Assembly: GCA_963770895.1 (NCBI GenBank)
Contig: CAVYRF010000002.1
Coordinates: 64,001-128,000 of the forward strand
Reading direction: 5' to 3'
Length of the DNA stretch: 64,000 nucleotides
Origin: an uncultured Acidobacteriota bacterium
GTDB lineage: Bacteria > Acidobacteriota > Thermoanaerobaculia > Multivoradales > UBA5704
The notes beneath the pieces are model-generated. The model saw nothing but the letters and a program-made list of their open reading frames with translations, was not told where the DNA came from and made no database searches. A program made the translations under genes and the position numbers. Shown here piece by piece: positions 9,891-19,512 of the stretch (its first letter is position 1; the number at the start of each line of letters is the position of its first letter).

Positions 9891-11639
9891 TTGGACAACG
9901 TCGAGATCGCTCGCGCGCTGGCGGAGGTGGCGGACGTCCTGGAGATCCAGGGGGCGGACTCGTTCCGCATCCGCGCCTACCGCAATGCGGTGCGCACGAT
10001 CGAGGTGCAGACGCGGGCGCTGGCGCCGATGGCGGAGCAGGGGGTGGCGGCGTTGACGGCGCTGCCGGGGATCGGCAAGGAGATGGCGGGGCACATCCGC
10101 GAGCTGGTGGCGACCGGCACGCTGGCCCTGCGTGACCGGTTGCTGGCCGAGGTGCCGCGGTCGCTGCTCGACCTCACGCGCCTGGCCGGCGTGGGACCCA
10201 GAAAGGCGCGGCGGCTGTGGGACGAGCTGCACGTCGCCACGCTCGACGACCTGGAAGCGGCGGCACGCGACGGGCGGCTGGCGGCCCTGGCCGGTTTCGG
10301 CGACACCAGCCAGCAGAAGATCCTGGCCGCCATCGCCCTGCAGCGCGAGCACTCCCAGCGCTTCCTGCTGGCCGACGTCGAGCGCCACGTCGAGGCGCTG
10401 CTGGCCTACCTTGCCACTGGACCCGGCGTCGACCGCCTGGAGGTCGCGGGCAGCTACCGGCGCCGCCGTGAGACCGTCGGCGACATCGACGTGCTGGCCA
10501 CCGCCGCCCTGCCGCAGCCGCTGATGGATTGGTTTCTGGCCTATCCGCAGATCGACAAGGCGCAGATGGCCGGCGGCACGCGCGCCTCCATCACGCTGCG
10601 CAGCGGTCTGCAGATCGACCTGCGGGTGGTGGCGCCCGACTGCTTCGGCGCCGCGCTGGTCTATTTCACCGGCTCCAAGGAGCACAACGTCAAGCTGCGG
10701 CGGCGCGGCGTCGAGCGCGGCCTGCGCATCTCGGAATACGGCGTCTTCGCCACCGCGGCCGGCGGCGGCGAAGGCGCCTGGATCGCCGGCCGCGAAGAGG
10801 CCGACGTGTACGCGGCGGTGGGCCTGGCCTGGGTGCCGCCCGAGCTGCGCGAAGACCACGGCGAGATCGAAGCCGCCGCCGCCGGCCCCCTGCCGCGGCT
10901 GGTCGAGGTGGCGGACCTGCGCGGCGATCTGCAGATGCACTCCACCTGGTCGGACGGCCGCAATACCCTGGCGGAGATGGTCGCCGCCTGCGCCGCGATC
11001 GGCTACGAATACATGGCGATCACCGACCACAGCAAGGCGCTCGCCATGGTCAACGGCCTGGACGCCCGGCGCCTGCGGCTGCAATGGCGGGAGATCGACG
11101 CCATCCGCGCCCGCCACCCCGAGATCCGCCTGCTGCGCTCGATGGAGATCGACATCCTGGCCGACGGCAGCCTGGACCTGGAAGACGACCTGATCGCCGG
11201 CCTGGACCTGGTGGTGGTGTCGATTCACTCGCGCTTCGAGCTGCCGCGGAAGGAGCAGACGGCGCGCGTGCTGCGCGCCCTCGACCACCCGCGGGTCGAC
11301 ATCCTGGCCCACCCCACCGGCCGCCTGATCAACCGCCGCAAGCCCATCGACCTGGACATGGAGGCGGTGCTGCGCCACGCCGCCCTGCGCGGCGTCGCCG
11401 TCGAGCTCAACGCCCAGCCCGACCGGCTCGACCTCAAGGACACCCACCTCATGCTGGCGCGCGAGCTGGGCTGCGGCATCGTCATCAGCACCGACGCCCA
11501 CCGCATCGGCGACCTGGCGCGGATGCGCCACGGCATCGAGCAGGCGCGGCGAGCCGGCCTGGAAGCGCGCCACGTCCTCAACACCCTGGGCTTCGCCGAC
11601 TTTCAGCAGGCGCTTCGCCGCCGTTCAGGCGACCTGTAA
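9891..11639 (+). CDS. polX: DNA polymerase X with PHP domain
   Basis: GSYRR..ETVGDIDV, QIDLRVV, YFTGSKEHN; PHP motifs DLQMHST, ITDHS, STDAH; TTG start. Confidence 0.95.
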   Translation: MDNVEIARALAEVADVLEIQGADSFRIRAYRNAVRTIEVQTRALAPMAEQGVAALTALPGIGKEMAGHIRELVATGTLALRDRLLAEVPRSLLDLTRLAGVGPRKARRLWDELHVATLDDLEAAARDGRLAALAGFGDTSQQKILAAIALQREHSQRFLLADVERHVEALLAYLATGPGVDRLEVAGSYRRRRETVGDIDVLATAALPQPLMDWFLAYPQIDKAQMAGGTRASITLRSGLQIDLRVVAPDCFGAALVYFTGSKEHNVKLRRRGVERGLRISEYGVFATAAGGGEGAWIAGREEADVYAAVGLAWVPPELREDHGEIEAAAAGPLPRLVEVADLRGDLQMHSTWSDGRNTLAEMVAACAAIGYEYMAITDHSKALAMVNGLDARRLRLQWREIDAIRARHPEIRLLRSMEIDILADGSLDLEDDLIAGLDLVVVSIHSRFELPRKEQTARVLRALDHPRVDILAHPTGRLINRRKPIDLDMEAVLRHAALRGVAVELNAQPDRLDLKDTHLMLARELGCGIVISTDAHRIGDLARMRHGIEQARRAGLEARHVLNTLGFADFQQALRRRSGDL

Positions 11640-11786
11640 CCGCCGCCCCATCGAAGCCGTCTGATGGTGTGAGGCGGCAAACCAAGGCGGCGACCCCCGC
11701 AGCCTGGCAGGCAGCCAAAAACGGAGACGCCAAACCAAGACGCAACTCCGGTCTTCCCGGAGCGTTCTGACAAATAAGGAGACGTT

Positions 11787-12272
11787 ATGCGACTGAGGAG
11801 AGAGACATTCACCACCGCCATCGCCGTCCTGGCCGTCATGGCCATGGTCGCCGGCCCGCTCGCGGCCCAGGCTGACCAGGCGGCGGCCGCCACCACCCCC
11901 ACGCCGCACCAGGGGATGATGCTGCAGCGGTTGACCACCAAGCTCAGCCTCTCCGAGGAACAGCAGGCTTCGGCGAAGTCGCTCTTCGCGGAGATGCAGA
12001 CCAAGCTGCAGCCGCTCCAGGCCGCCCAGAAGCAGCTGCACACGCAGTTGAAGGCCGCCCTCGGCGCCGCCACTCCGGACGCCGCCACGGTTGGCCAGGC
12101 CGTCATCTCGATGCACCAGAACCGGGCCCAGATCAAGCCCATCATGCAGTCGTATCACCAGCAGTTTGAAGCGTTGCTCAACGCCGATCAGCTTGCGACC
12201 TACAAGCAGATGCTGGCGGCTCATTCCCACCTCAGGCACGCTCGGGTCCCGGCCAATACCCAGACCCAGTAG
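11787..12272 (+). CDS. Spy/CpxP-like periplasmic helical protein
   Basis: Signal peptide, LSLSEEQ and LLNADQ (LTxxQ-like) motifs, Gln-rich helices; AGGAG RBS. Confidence 0.75.
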   Translation: MRLRRETFTTAIAVLAVMAMVAGPLAAQADQAAAATTPTPHQGMMLQRLTTKLSLSEEQQASAKSLFAEMQTKLQPLQAAQKQLHTQLKAALGAATPDAATVGQAVISMHQNRAQIKPIMQSYHQQFEALLNADQLATYKQMLAAHSHLRHARVPANTQTQ

Positions 12273-12573
12273 CTGGCCTCCCATCCCCTATCCGCACTCG
12301 AACCCCCCGCTCCCCCAGGTCCGATCCAGTCGCGATCGTGCCAGGAGGAGTAGGGGGGTTCCCCGCCTTTCTGCCCCGCTCGCTCCAACCGGTACTCCGC
12401 TCCGGCCCCCAGGCCACCCCCAGCGCGACAGCCCCGCCGATTCCTCCCGGCCCGCACCAGGCCATGGCGCCCGGCGCACGGCGTGCCGCCGGTAGCCGGA
12501 AACCCGGCGCCCGGACCCGGATATTCGTCAGGGAACCGGCCGGCGCCGCTCGCGGCACCGAGGAGGAGCAGCA

Positions 12574-14994
12574 GTGGAAACCCTTTGGCAAGACGTCCGC
12601 TTCGCCGTGCGCGACCTGCGCAAGACCCCGGCGTTCACCGCCGTCGCCCTGCTGGCGCTGGCGCTGGGCATCGGCGCCAACGCCGCGATCTTCAGCGTCG
12701 TGCGCGGCGTGCTGCTCAAGCCGCTCCCCTACGGCGAGCCGGACCGCCTGATCGCGGTGATGGAATCCAATCCCGCGATCGGCCTGCCGCGCTTCAACGT
12801 CTCGCTGCCCAACTTCGCCGACTGGCGGCAGGACAACCACGTCTTCGCGACGCTGGTCGCCGCCCGCACCGCCGGCTTCAGCCTGACCGCGCCGGGCCGC
12901 GAGCCCGAGCGCCTGCGCGGCGCCAAGGTGACGGCCGGCTTCCAGGACCTGCTGCGCACCCCGATGCTGCTCGGCCGCGCCTTCACCCCCGGCGAGGAAA
13001 AGCCCGGCGCCGAGCCCGTGGCCATCGTCTCGGAAACCCTGTGGCGGCGGGTCTGGAGCGGCGACCCGAAGATCCTGGGCCGCGCCGTCGTGCTGGACGG
13101 CCAGCCTTACACGGTGGTCGGCGTGCTGCCGCGCGACCTGGCGCTCCCCGCCGCAGCCGACGTCTGGGTGCCGCTGCCGATGCAGGTCGAGGAATCGGAG
13201 CGCGGCGCGCACCGCTTCCTGGCCTGGGGCCGTCTGGCGCCCGGCGTCACCCTGGCGCAGGCGCAGGGGGAGATGAGCGGCATCGCCGCGCGCCTGGCGC
13301 GTGCCCACCCGGTCCATAACGACGGCTGGGGGGTCCTCCTGCAGCCGCTGACCGACCAGGTGGTCGAGGACGTCCGCCCGGCCCTGCGGGTGCTGATGGG
13401 CACCGTCGTCCTGGTGCTGCTCATCGCCTGCGCCAACGTCGCCAACCTGCTGCTGGCGCGCATGGCGCGGCGCGAGCGCGAAGTGGCGTTGCGCGGCGCG
13501 CTGGGGGCCAGCCGCGGCCGCCTGCTGCGCCAGCTGCTCACCGAAAGCATGCTGCTGTCGGGCGCCGGCGGCGCCGCCGGCCTGCTGCTCGCCGCCTGGG
13601 GCACGCACGCCCTGCTGGCGCTCGCGGGCAGCAGGATCCCGCGCGCCGGGAGCATCCACCTGGACGCCGCCGCGCTGGTGTTCACCTTCACCCTGTCGCT
13701 GGTGACCGGGTTGGTCTTCGGCCTGCTCCCCGCCCTCCAGGCGTCCAACCACGACCTGCAGGGGGCGCTCAAGGCCGGCGGCAGGTCGTCGACCGGCGGC
13801 ACCCGCGCGCGCCTGGCACGCAGCGCCTTGGTCTTCGTAGAGGTGGCGCTGGCGCTCGTGCTGCTCGCCGGCTCGGGCCTCCTGCTGCGCAGCTACCGCG
13901 GCGTGTCGCGCCTCGACCCCGGCTTCGACCCGCACGGCCTGCTCACCCTGAGGGTCGGCCTGCCGCACTCGCGCTACGCCCAGGACGCGCAGCAGATCGC
14001 CTTCTTCGACGGCCTGCTGCGCCGCGTCCAGGCACTGCCGGGAGTGCTCTCGGCCGCCGCCGCCACGCCGCTGCCGCTGTCCGGCGAGGTCTTCAACCTC
14101 ACCTATGCCGTCGCGGGCCGGCCGCCGGTGCGCCCCCAGGACGACCCGAACGCCAACATCCGCCTGGTCACGCCCGACTACCTGCGCACCCTGCGCGTGC
14201 CGCAGCTCCGCGGCAGGGGCCTGCTGCCGTCGGACGACGCCAAGGCGCCGGCCGTGGCGCTCATCAACCAGGCGATGGCGCGGCGCCTGTTCCCACGCGA
14301 AGACCCGCTCGGCAAGCGTTTTACCTTCGACACCCCGGCCCGCGCCGGCGCCCTCTGGCGGACGATCGTGGGCATCGTCGGCAACGTGCGCCACGCCAAG
14401 CTCACCGCCCTGCCCGACTCGGAGATCTACCTGCCGATGGCGCAGTGGGCGGCCGACAACGCCACCGTGGTGGTGCGCGCCGCCGGCGATCCGGGCCAGC
14501 TCGCCGGCCCGCTGCGCGCGGCGCTCCACGATCAGGACCCCGAGCTGGCGGCGTGGCGGACCCAGTCGATGGACGAGGTGGTCGCCGACTCGATCGGCGG
14601 CCAGCGCTTCAACACCTTGCTGCTGGCCCTCTTCGCCGCCATCGCCCTGGTGCTGGCGGCGGTCGGCGTCTACGGCGTGATCAGCTACTCGGTCACCCAG
14701 CGCACCCCCGAGATCGGCGTCCGGCTGGCCCTGGGCGCCTCCCCGGCCGGCGTCCTGCGCCTGGTGATCGTCCAGGGAATGCAGCCGGTCCTCCTGGGCA
14801 TCGCCGCCGGCCTCGCCGGCACCCTGGTCACCGGCCGCCTGCTCGATACCCTCCTCTACGGCGTCACCGCCCGCGATCCCCTCACCCTGGCGGCGGTGCC
14901 AACCCTCCTGGGCGCCATCGCCCTGCTCGCCACCTGGCTGCCCGGCCGCCGCGCCACGCGCGTCAATCCCGTCGTGGCGCTGCGGCACCAGTAG
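12574..14994 (+). CDS. ADOP-type duplicated MacB/FtsX ABC permease (orphan)
   Basis: QDVRFAVR, LGIGANAAIFS, IACANVANLLLAR, TQRTPEIGVRLALGA, C-terminal RRATRVNPVVALR; no ATPase gene adjacent. Confidence 0.92.
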   Translation: METLWQDVRFAVRDLRKTPAFTAVALLALALGIGANAAIFSVVRGVLLKPLPYGEPDRLIAVMESNPAIGLPRFNVSLPNFADWRQDNHVFATLVAARTAGFSLTAPGREPERLRGAKVTAGFQDLLRTPMLLGRAFTPGEEKPGAEPVAIVSETLWRRVWSGDPKILGRAVVLDGQPYTVVGVLPRDLALPAAADVWVPLPMQVEESERGAHRFLAWGRLAPGVTLAQAQGEMSGIAARLARAHPVHNDGWGVLLQPLTDQVVEDVRPALRVLMGTVVLVLLIACANVANLLLARMARREREVALRGALGASRGRLLRQLLTESMLLSGAGGAAGLLLAAWGTHALLALAGSRIPRAGSIHLDAAALVFTFTLSLVTGLVFGLLPALQASNHDLQGALKAGGRSSTGGTRARLARSALVFVEVALALVLLAGSGLLLRSYRGVSRLDPGFDPHGLLTLRVGLPHSRYAQDAQQIAFFDGLLRRVQALPGVLSAAAATPLPLSGEVFNLTYAVAGRPPVRPQDDPNANIRLVTPDYLRTLRVPQLRGRGLLPSDDAKAPAVALINQAMARRLFPREDPLGKRFTFDTPARAGALWRTIVGIVGNVRHAKLTALPDSEIYLPMAQWAADNATVVVRAAGDPGQLAGPLRAALHDQDPELAAWRTQSMDEVVADSIGGQRFNTLLLALFAAIALVLAAVGVYGVISYSVTQRTPEIGVRLALGASPAGVLRLVIVQGMQPVLLGIAAGLAGTLVTGRLLDTLLYGVTARDPLTLAAVPTLLGAIALLATWLPGRRATRVNPVVALRHQ

Positions 14995-15377
14995 CAAATT
15001 CATGACTCAGCGCACTGGATTTAGATAAGGAATGAAGTTGGTAATCCTGCTGCCGCGCTCGGGATCGTCCCTGGGCGATCGGCAGTACCCCTTTTCAAAA
15101 CGAGGAGACATGCCATGCGGATGAGCGGCAAGAGCAAGAAGCTGCGCCTCAGCAGCGAGACGTTGTGCCACCTGGCCAACCCGACGCTCGGACAGGCGGT
15201 GGGTGGGACGGCCACCAATGGCGCCGGCTGCACCAACGCGACGCTCTGTTACAGCGGCTGTAACAACACCTGCCTGCCAGGCTGCTACCAGAGCCAGGGC
15301 GACTGCGGCAGCCGCCTCTGCTAGCTGCCAGCTGTCTGTGAGGCGCGCGTGCATCGATCCCGTCGTGGCGCTGCGGC
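14966..15377 (+). repeat. 21-bp exact direct repeat ATCCCGTCGTGGCGCTGCGGC (14966-14986 and 15357-15377) duplicating the ADOP 3' end
   Basis: Direct comparison; second copy translates as RRACIDPVVALRR. Confidence 0.85.
15115..15324 (+). CDS. RiPP-like (lanthipeptide-type) precursor with double-Gly leader and Cys/Thr/Ser-rich core
   Basis: GAGGAG RBS; leader KKLRLSSETL...LGQAVGG; 7-Cys core TATNGAGCTNATLCYSGCNNTCLPGCYQSQGDCGSRLC. Confidence 0.72.
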   Translation: MRMSGKSKKLRLSSETLCHLANPTLGQAVGGTATNGAGCTNATLCYSGCNNTCLPGCYQSQGDCGSRLC

Positions 15378-15493
15378 GCCGGCAGGCAGGTGCTGCCGCC
15401 GCGGCGCGCGGCTGTATCGATTTTGCCAAAGTGCGACACAACTCCTTTTGATACCCTGGCCATCTCGGCCATTGGGGGGAGAAAGGAGCCTGG

Positions 15494-15868
15494 ATGAAGA
15501 TCAGAGCTGCTTTGCTGTGCGTCCTCGCATTGACGCTTCTGGGGTCGATCGCCACGGCGGCGGAGCCCGCACCGGCCGCCAGCACGCCCGCCGCTGCCTT
15601 GCCGGCCGCGCCGGCGGTCGCCTGGCCGGCGAGCATCACCCCCGTGGTACCCTCGGGCTGCGGCGCTGCCACCTTCTCTCTGCCCAAGGTGACCAACTTC
15701 ACCCCGGCGGCCGGCGCGGCCTCCACCCAGGTCTGCGGTTCCTGCAGCCCCCTCCCCTGTCAGGGGCACTTCGTGAACGGCTCCTGCGGCAAGGGGCTGA
15801 CCTGCTTCAACTACAACAACTGCTCGGACAACTCCATCTGGTGCGTCTGCGGCAGCTATAACCCTTAG
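15494..15868 (+). CDS. Secreted Cys-rich small protein
   Basis: AAGGAG RBS, signal peptide, Ala/Pro linker, 8-Cys C-terminal module ending WCVC. Confidence 0.78.
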   Translation: MKIRAALLCVLALTLLGSIATAAEPAPAASTPAAALPAAPAVAWPASITPVVPSGCGAATFSLPKVTNFTPAAGAASTQVCGSCSPLPCQGHFVNGSCGKGLTCFNYNNCSDNSIWCVCGSYNP

Positions 15869-16096
15869 CGGCCCCTGGAGTCCCCTGGAGTCTCTCGGAA
15901 TCCAGTTGGGTACCTGACCGACCGGGTGTGGCCGCGGCGCCGGGACCCCGCGGTTCGGTCGGCCGATCGCCTAGCGAGGCCGGGGGCCGGGCGCGAAGTC
16001 GGGTTGCTGGTAGGTTAGACTGTCTGCCGCGGTCCGGCTGGCACCGATCGGCGCCAGCCGGCCGGGCCGGCTGCCGGCGACGCCACGCACCGATCC

Positions 16097-17782
16097 ATGC
16101 TCCCACCCTCCCCGCACCGCACCGCAGGCGCCAACTCGACCAAGCCCAAAGGCAGGAACCGCCTGCCGGTGGCTGCCCGTCTGCCGCTGCCGCTGGCCCT
16201 GGCGCGGACTGTGGCGCTGGCGGCGGTGGTGACGGCGCTGCTGGCGCCGCCGGCGGCGGCGCAGGATCTCAAGTCGTACGAGGCGCGCACGACGGTGCAC
16301 GTGCTGGCCAACGGCTGGACGTTTATCCTGGTCGAGCGGCCGATGGCGCCGGTGTTTTCGTTCTGCACCGTGGCCGCCGTCGGCTCGTCCCAGGAGGTGC
16401 CGGGGATCACCGGCCTGGCCCACATGTTCGAGCACATGGCGTTCAAGGGCACAGATCGCATCGGCACCCGCGACCCGGCGACGGAAAAGGTCGCGATGGA
16501 CGCCGAAGAGGCCGCCTACCAGGAGTACCAGCGCCAGCGCCTGGCGCCGCACGCCGACGCGGCGCGGGTGGCGGCGCTATTTGCCGACTTCAAGCAGCGT
16601 GAGGCCGCGGCCGAAAAGCTGGTGGTCAAGAACGAGCTGGACGACATCCTGTCGCGTGCCGGTGCCGTGGGCGTCAACGCCGACACCAGCGTCGACCAGA
16701 CGGAATACTTCTATTCGCTCCCCGCCAACGAGATCGAGCTGTTCGCCTACATCGAGTCGGAGCGCTTCTGGCACCCGGTGTTCCGCGAGTTCTACGAGGA
16801 GCGCGACGTGGTGCAGGAAGAGCGCCGCATGCGCATCGACGGCGACCCCAACGGCCGCCTGTACGACCAGCTGGTGGCGACCGCGTTCGTGGCCCATCCT
16901 TACCACCAGCCGACGATCGGCTACATGAGCGATCTCGAATCGATCACCCGCACCGACGCCGAAGCGTTCTTCCGCTCCCACTACGTGCCGGCCGCCATGG
17001 TCACCGCGATCGTCGGCGACATCCACCCGCAGACCCTGGTGCCGCTGCTCGACAAGTACTTTGGCCGCATCCCGGCGCGCCCGCCGGCGCCGCCCCTGCG
17101 CACCGTCGAGCCGCCGCAGACCGCCGCCAAGACCGTGCGCATGCCGGACCCGGCGCAGCCACAGGTGCTGGTGGCCTACCACCGCCCCGCGGTGACCGAC
17201 CGCGACGACGCGGTGTACGACGCGCTGGACGACGTGCTGACCGGCGGCCGCACCTCGCGCCTGTACCGCTCCCTGGTGCGCGACCAGAAAACGGCGGTCG
17301 AAGTCGAGTCGTTCTCCGGCCTGCCCGGCGATCGCTACCCCAACCTGTGGACGGTGGCGATGGTGCCGGCTGCGGGCGTAGGCGGCGACGAGCTGGTCGC
17401 CGGGCTCGACGCCGAGCTGAGCCGCCTGCAGAGCGAAGACGTGACCGACGCCGAGCTGGCCAAGTTCAGGGCGCGGGCTCGCGCCACGGTGCTGCGTTCG
17501 GTGGGCAGCAACCTGGGGCTGGCCACGGCGCTGGCGCACTACCAGACCCTGTTCGGCGATTGGCGCGAGCTGTTCCACGACCTCGACCGCATCGACCGCG
17601 TGACCCAGGCGGACATCCGGCGCGTCGCCGCGTCGCTGGCGCCGGCCAGCCGCACCGCGGCGATGATCGTTACCCAGGGCAACGACGAGCCGGGCACCCA
17701 GGCGGTGCCGGCCGGCGCCAACGCGTCCGCGGCGACACCGACGCCGACACCGACATCGCGCCAGACGGCGGATCGCCCATGA
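16097..17782 (+). CDS. M16 (pitrilysin-family) zinc peptidase, catalytic subunit, exported
   Basis: Inverzincin HMFEH motif, ERDVVQEERR, HPYHQPTIG; true start may be GTG 16169. Confidence 0.9.
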   Translation: MLPPSPHRTAGANSTKPKGRNRLPVAARLPLPLALARTVALAAVVTALLAPPAAAQDLKSYEARTTVHVLANGWTFILVERPMAPVFSFCTVAAVGSSQEVPGITGLAHMFEHMAFKGTDRIGTRDPATEKVAMDAEEAAYQEYQRQRLAPHADAARVAALFADFKQREAAAEKLVVKNELDDILSRAGAVGVNADTSVDQTEYFYSLPANEIELFAYIESERFWHPVFREFYEERDVVQEERRMRIDGDPNGRLYDQLVATAFVAHPYHQPTIGYMSDLESITRTDAEAFFRSHYVPAAMVTAIVGDIHPQTLVPLLDKYFGRIPARPPAPPLRTVEPPQTAAKTVRMPDPAQPQVLVAYHRPAVTDRDDAVYDALDDVLTGGRTSRLYRSLVRDQKTAVEVESFSGLPGDRYPNLWTVAMVPAAGVGGDELVAGLDAELSRLQSEDVTDAELAKFRARARATVLRSVGSNLGLATALAHYQTLFGDWRELFHDLDRIDRVTQADIRRVAASLAPASRTAAMIVTQGNDEPGTQAVPAGANASAATPTPTPTSRQTADRP

Positions 17783-19350
17783 CGCGCGCCGCCCGCCGCC
17801 CGCCGCTGCCGTCGCTCGCCGCTGCTGTCGCGCCCCTCGCGCTCATCGCCATCATCGCGGCCGGCGCCACCGCCGGTGCCGCCCAGGCGCAGGTCGCCAC
17901 CGTGCAGGAGCTGCACTACCCGCCGGCACCGCATTTCACCGCCCCGCAGCCGCAGCGGGTGGTGCTCGACAACGGCATGGTGGTCATGCTGCTCGAAGAT
18001 CACGAGCTGCCGCTGATCACCGTCTCCGCGCTGCTGCGGGCGGGCTCCCGCCTGGATCCGCCCGGCAAGCTGGGATTGGCGTCGCTCACCGGCGACCTGC
18101 TGCGCAGCAGCGGCGTCACGCGGCTGGCCGGCGGCGGCCACGGCGACCCGGCAAACCGCGACGGACTGAGCGGCGACGAGCTGGACGACCGCCTGGAAGC
18201 CAATGCCGCCACGGTGGACGTGGACGTCGGCGAAGACTCCGCCGCCGCCACGCTGTCGACGCCGCGCGCCGCCTTTGCCGAGCTCCTGCCGGTGTTCGCC
18301 GCCATGTTGCGCGAGCCGGCCTTCGGCGACGACAAGCTGGACCTGGCCAAGAACTTCACCAAGGCGCGCCTGGCGCGCCAGAACGACGACGTGGACGATC
18401 TGGCCGCGCGCGAGATCGCGCGCCTGATCTACGGCGCCGATTCCGTCTATGGGCGCACTCCGACCATCTCCACGGTCGAGGCCGTCACGCTGCAGGACGT
18501 CGTCAACTGGCACCGCACCTACATGCATCCCGAGAGCATCGTGCTCGGCCTGGTCGGCGACTTCCAGACCGCCGACGCGCTGCGCGCCGTGCGCGCCGTC
18601 TTCGGCGACTGGCCGCGCGGCGCCGCCGCCACGGCCGCTCCTATCGCCGCTCCCGCCGCCGCCGCGCCGCCCGCTGCCCAGGCGAGCTTCCCCTACGCCC
18701 GCCAGCCGAACCCCGGCCTCTTCGTGATGGACAAGAACGACCTCTCCCAATCGAGCGTCCTCATGGGGCACCTGGGAGTGGTGCGCAGCGATCCCGACTA
18801 CTGCGCCCTGCAGGTGCTCGACGAGGTGATCGGCGGCTCCTTCACGTCGCGGCTGGTCGCCCACATCCGCACCGAAAAGGGGCTCGCCTACGACGTGGAA
18901 GGCTCGGTCGGCGCCGAATGGGATCATCCAGGGCTGGCGCTGCTCAGCATGTCGACCCAGGCCCGCACCACCGCCGGCGGCCTCGCGGCGCTGCTCGCCG
19001 AAGCGCGCGACCTGACCGCCGTGCCGCCCACCGACGACGAGGTGGCGCGCGCCCGCCAGAGCATCCTGGCGTCCTTCATCTTTCGCTCCGACTCGCCGGC
19101 AAAGGTGCTCGACCAGCAGCTGACGCTGGAGCTGTACGGCTACCCGCTGGACTGGCAGGAGCGCTATCGCGCGGGAGTCCAGGCGGTGACCGCCGAAGCC
19201 GTGCGCCAGGCGGCTGCCCGCCACATCCATCCCGACCAGTTCACCATCCTGGTCATCGGCCCGGAACAGACCCGCGACCCCGCGCTCGCCAACTTCGGCA
19301 AGGTCACCGCCCTGCCGCTGCCCGACCCAGCCGGGCAAGCCCGGCGGTAA
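17779..19350 (+). CDS. M16 peptidase non-catalytic partner subunit, exported
   Basis: LDNGMVV..EDHELP, SRL..IRTEKGLAY; no HxxEH; ATGA overlap with the previous gene. Confidence 0.88.
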   Translation: MTRAARRPPLPSLAAAVAPLALIAIIAAGATAGAAQAQVATVQELHYPPAPHFTAPQPQRVVLDNGMVVMLLEDHELPLITVSALLRAGSRLDPPGKLGLASLTGDLLRSSGVTRLAGGGHGDPANRDGLSGDELDDRLEANAATVDVDVGEDSAAATLSTPRAAFAELLPVFAAMLREPAFGDDKLDLAKNFTKARLARQNDDVDDLAAREIARLIYGADSVYGRTPTISTVEAVTLQDVVNWHRTYMHPESIVLGLVGDFQTADALRAVRAVFGDWPRGAAATAAPIAAPAAAAPPAAQASFPYARQPNPGLFVMDKNDLSQSSVLMGHLGVVRSDPDYCALQVLDEVIGGSFTSRLVAHIRTEKGLAYDVEGSVGAEWDHPGLALLSMSTQARTTAGGLAALLAEARDLTAVPPTDDEVARARQSILASFIFRSDSPAKVLDQQLTLELYGYPLDWQERYRAGVQAVTAEAVRQAAARHIHPDQFTILVIGPEQTRDPALANFGKVTALPLPDPAGQARR

Positions 19351-19480
19351 ATGCTACACGCCGGTCTCCCGTAGGATCGACCGCCTGCCGGTCGATCGGC
19401 GGCCGCCGGCAGCCACCCGCGGCGTCACCGGGAGGCCGGGCTCGACCCTACCCGGCCGGGATCTGCCGGTGCCTGGCGCG

Positions 19481-19496
19481 TGGCACGAGACATGCA
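19481..19496 (+). promoter_or_regulatory. Putative sigma54 -24/-12 promoter
   Basis: TGGCACGAGACATGCA fits GG-N10-GC, upstream of the kinase-like/NtrC pair. Confidence 0.55.
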
Positions 19497-19512
19497 CAAA
19501 TTGCCACCAGAC

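Noticed and set aside
8658-11573. 971-aa ORF suggesting a giant RNase H fusion
   Set aside because: Its 5' part is the antisense of polX; rnhA starts near 9794.
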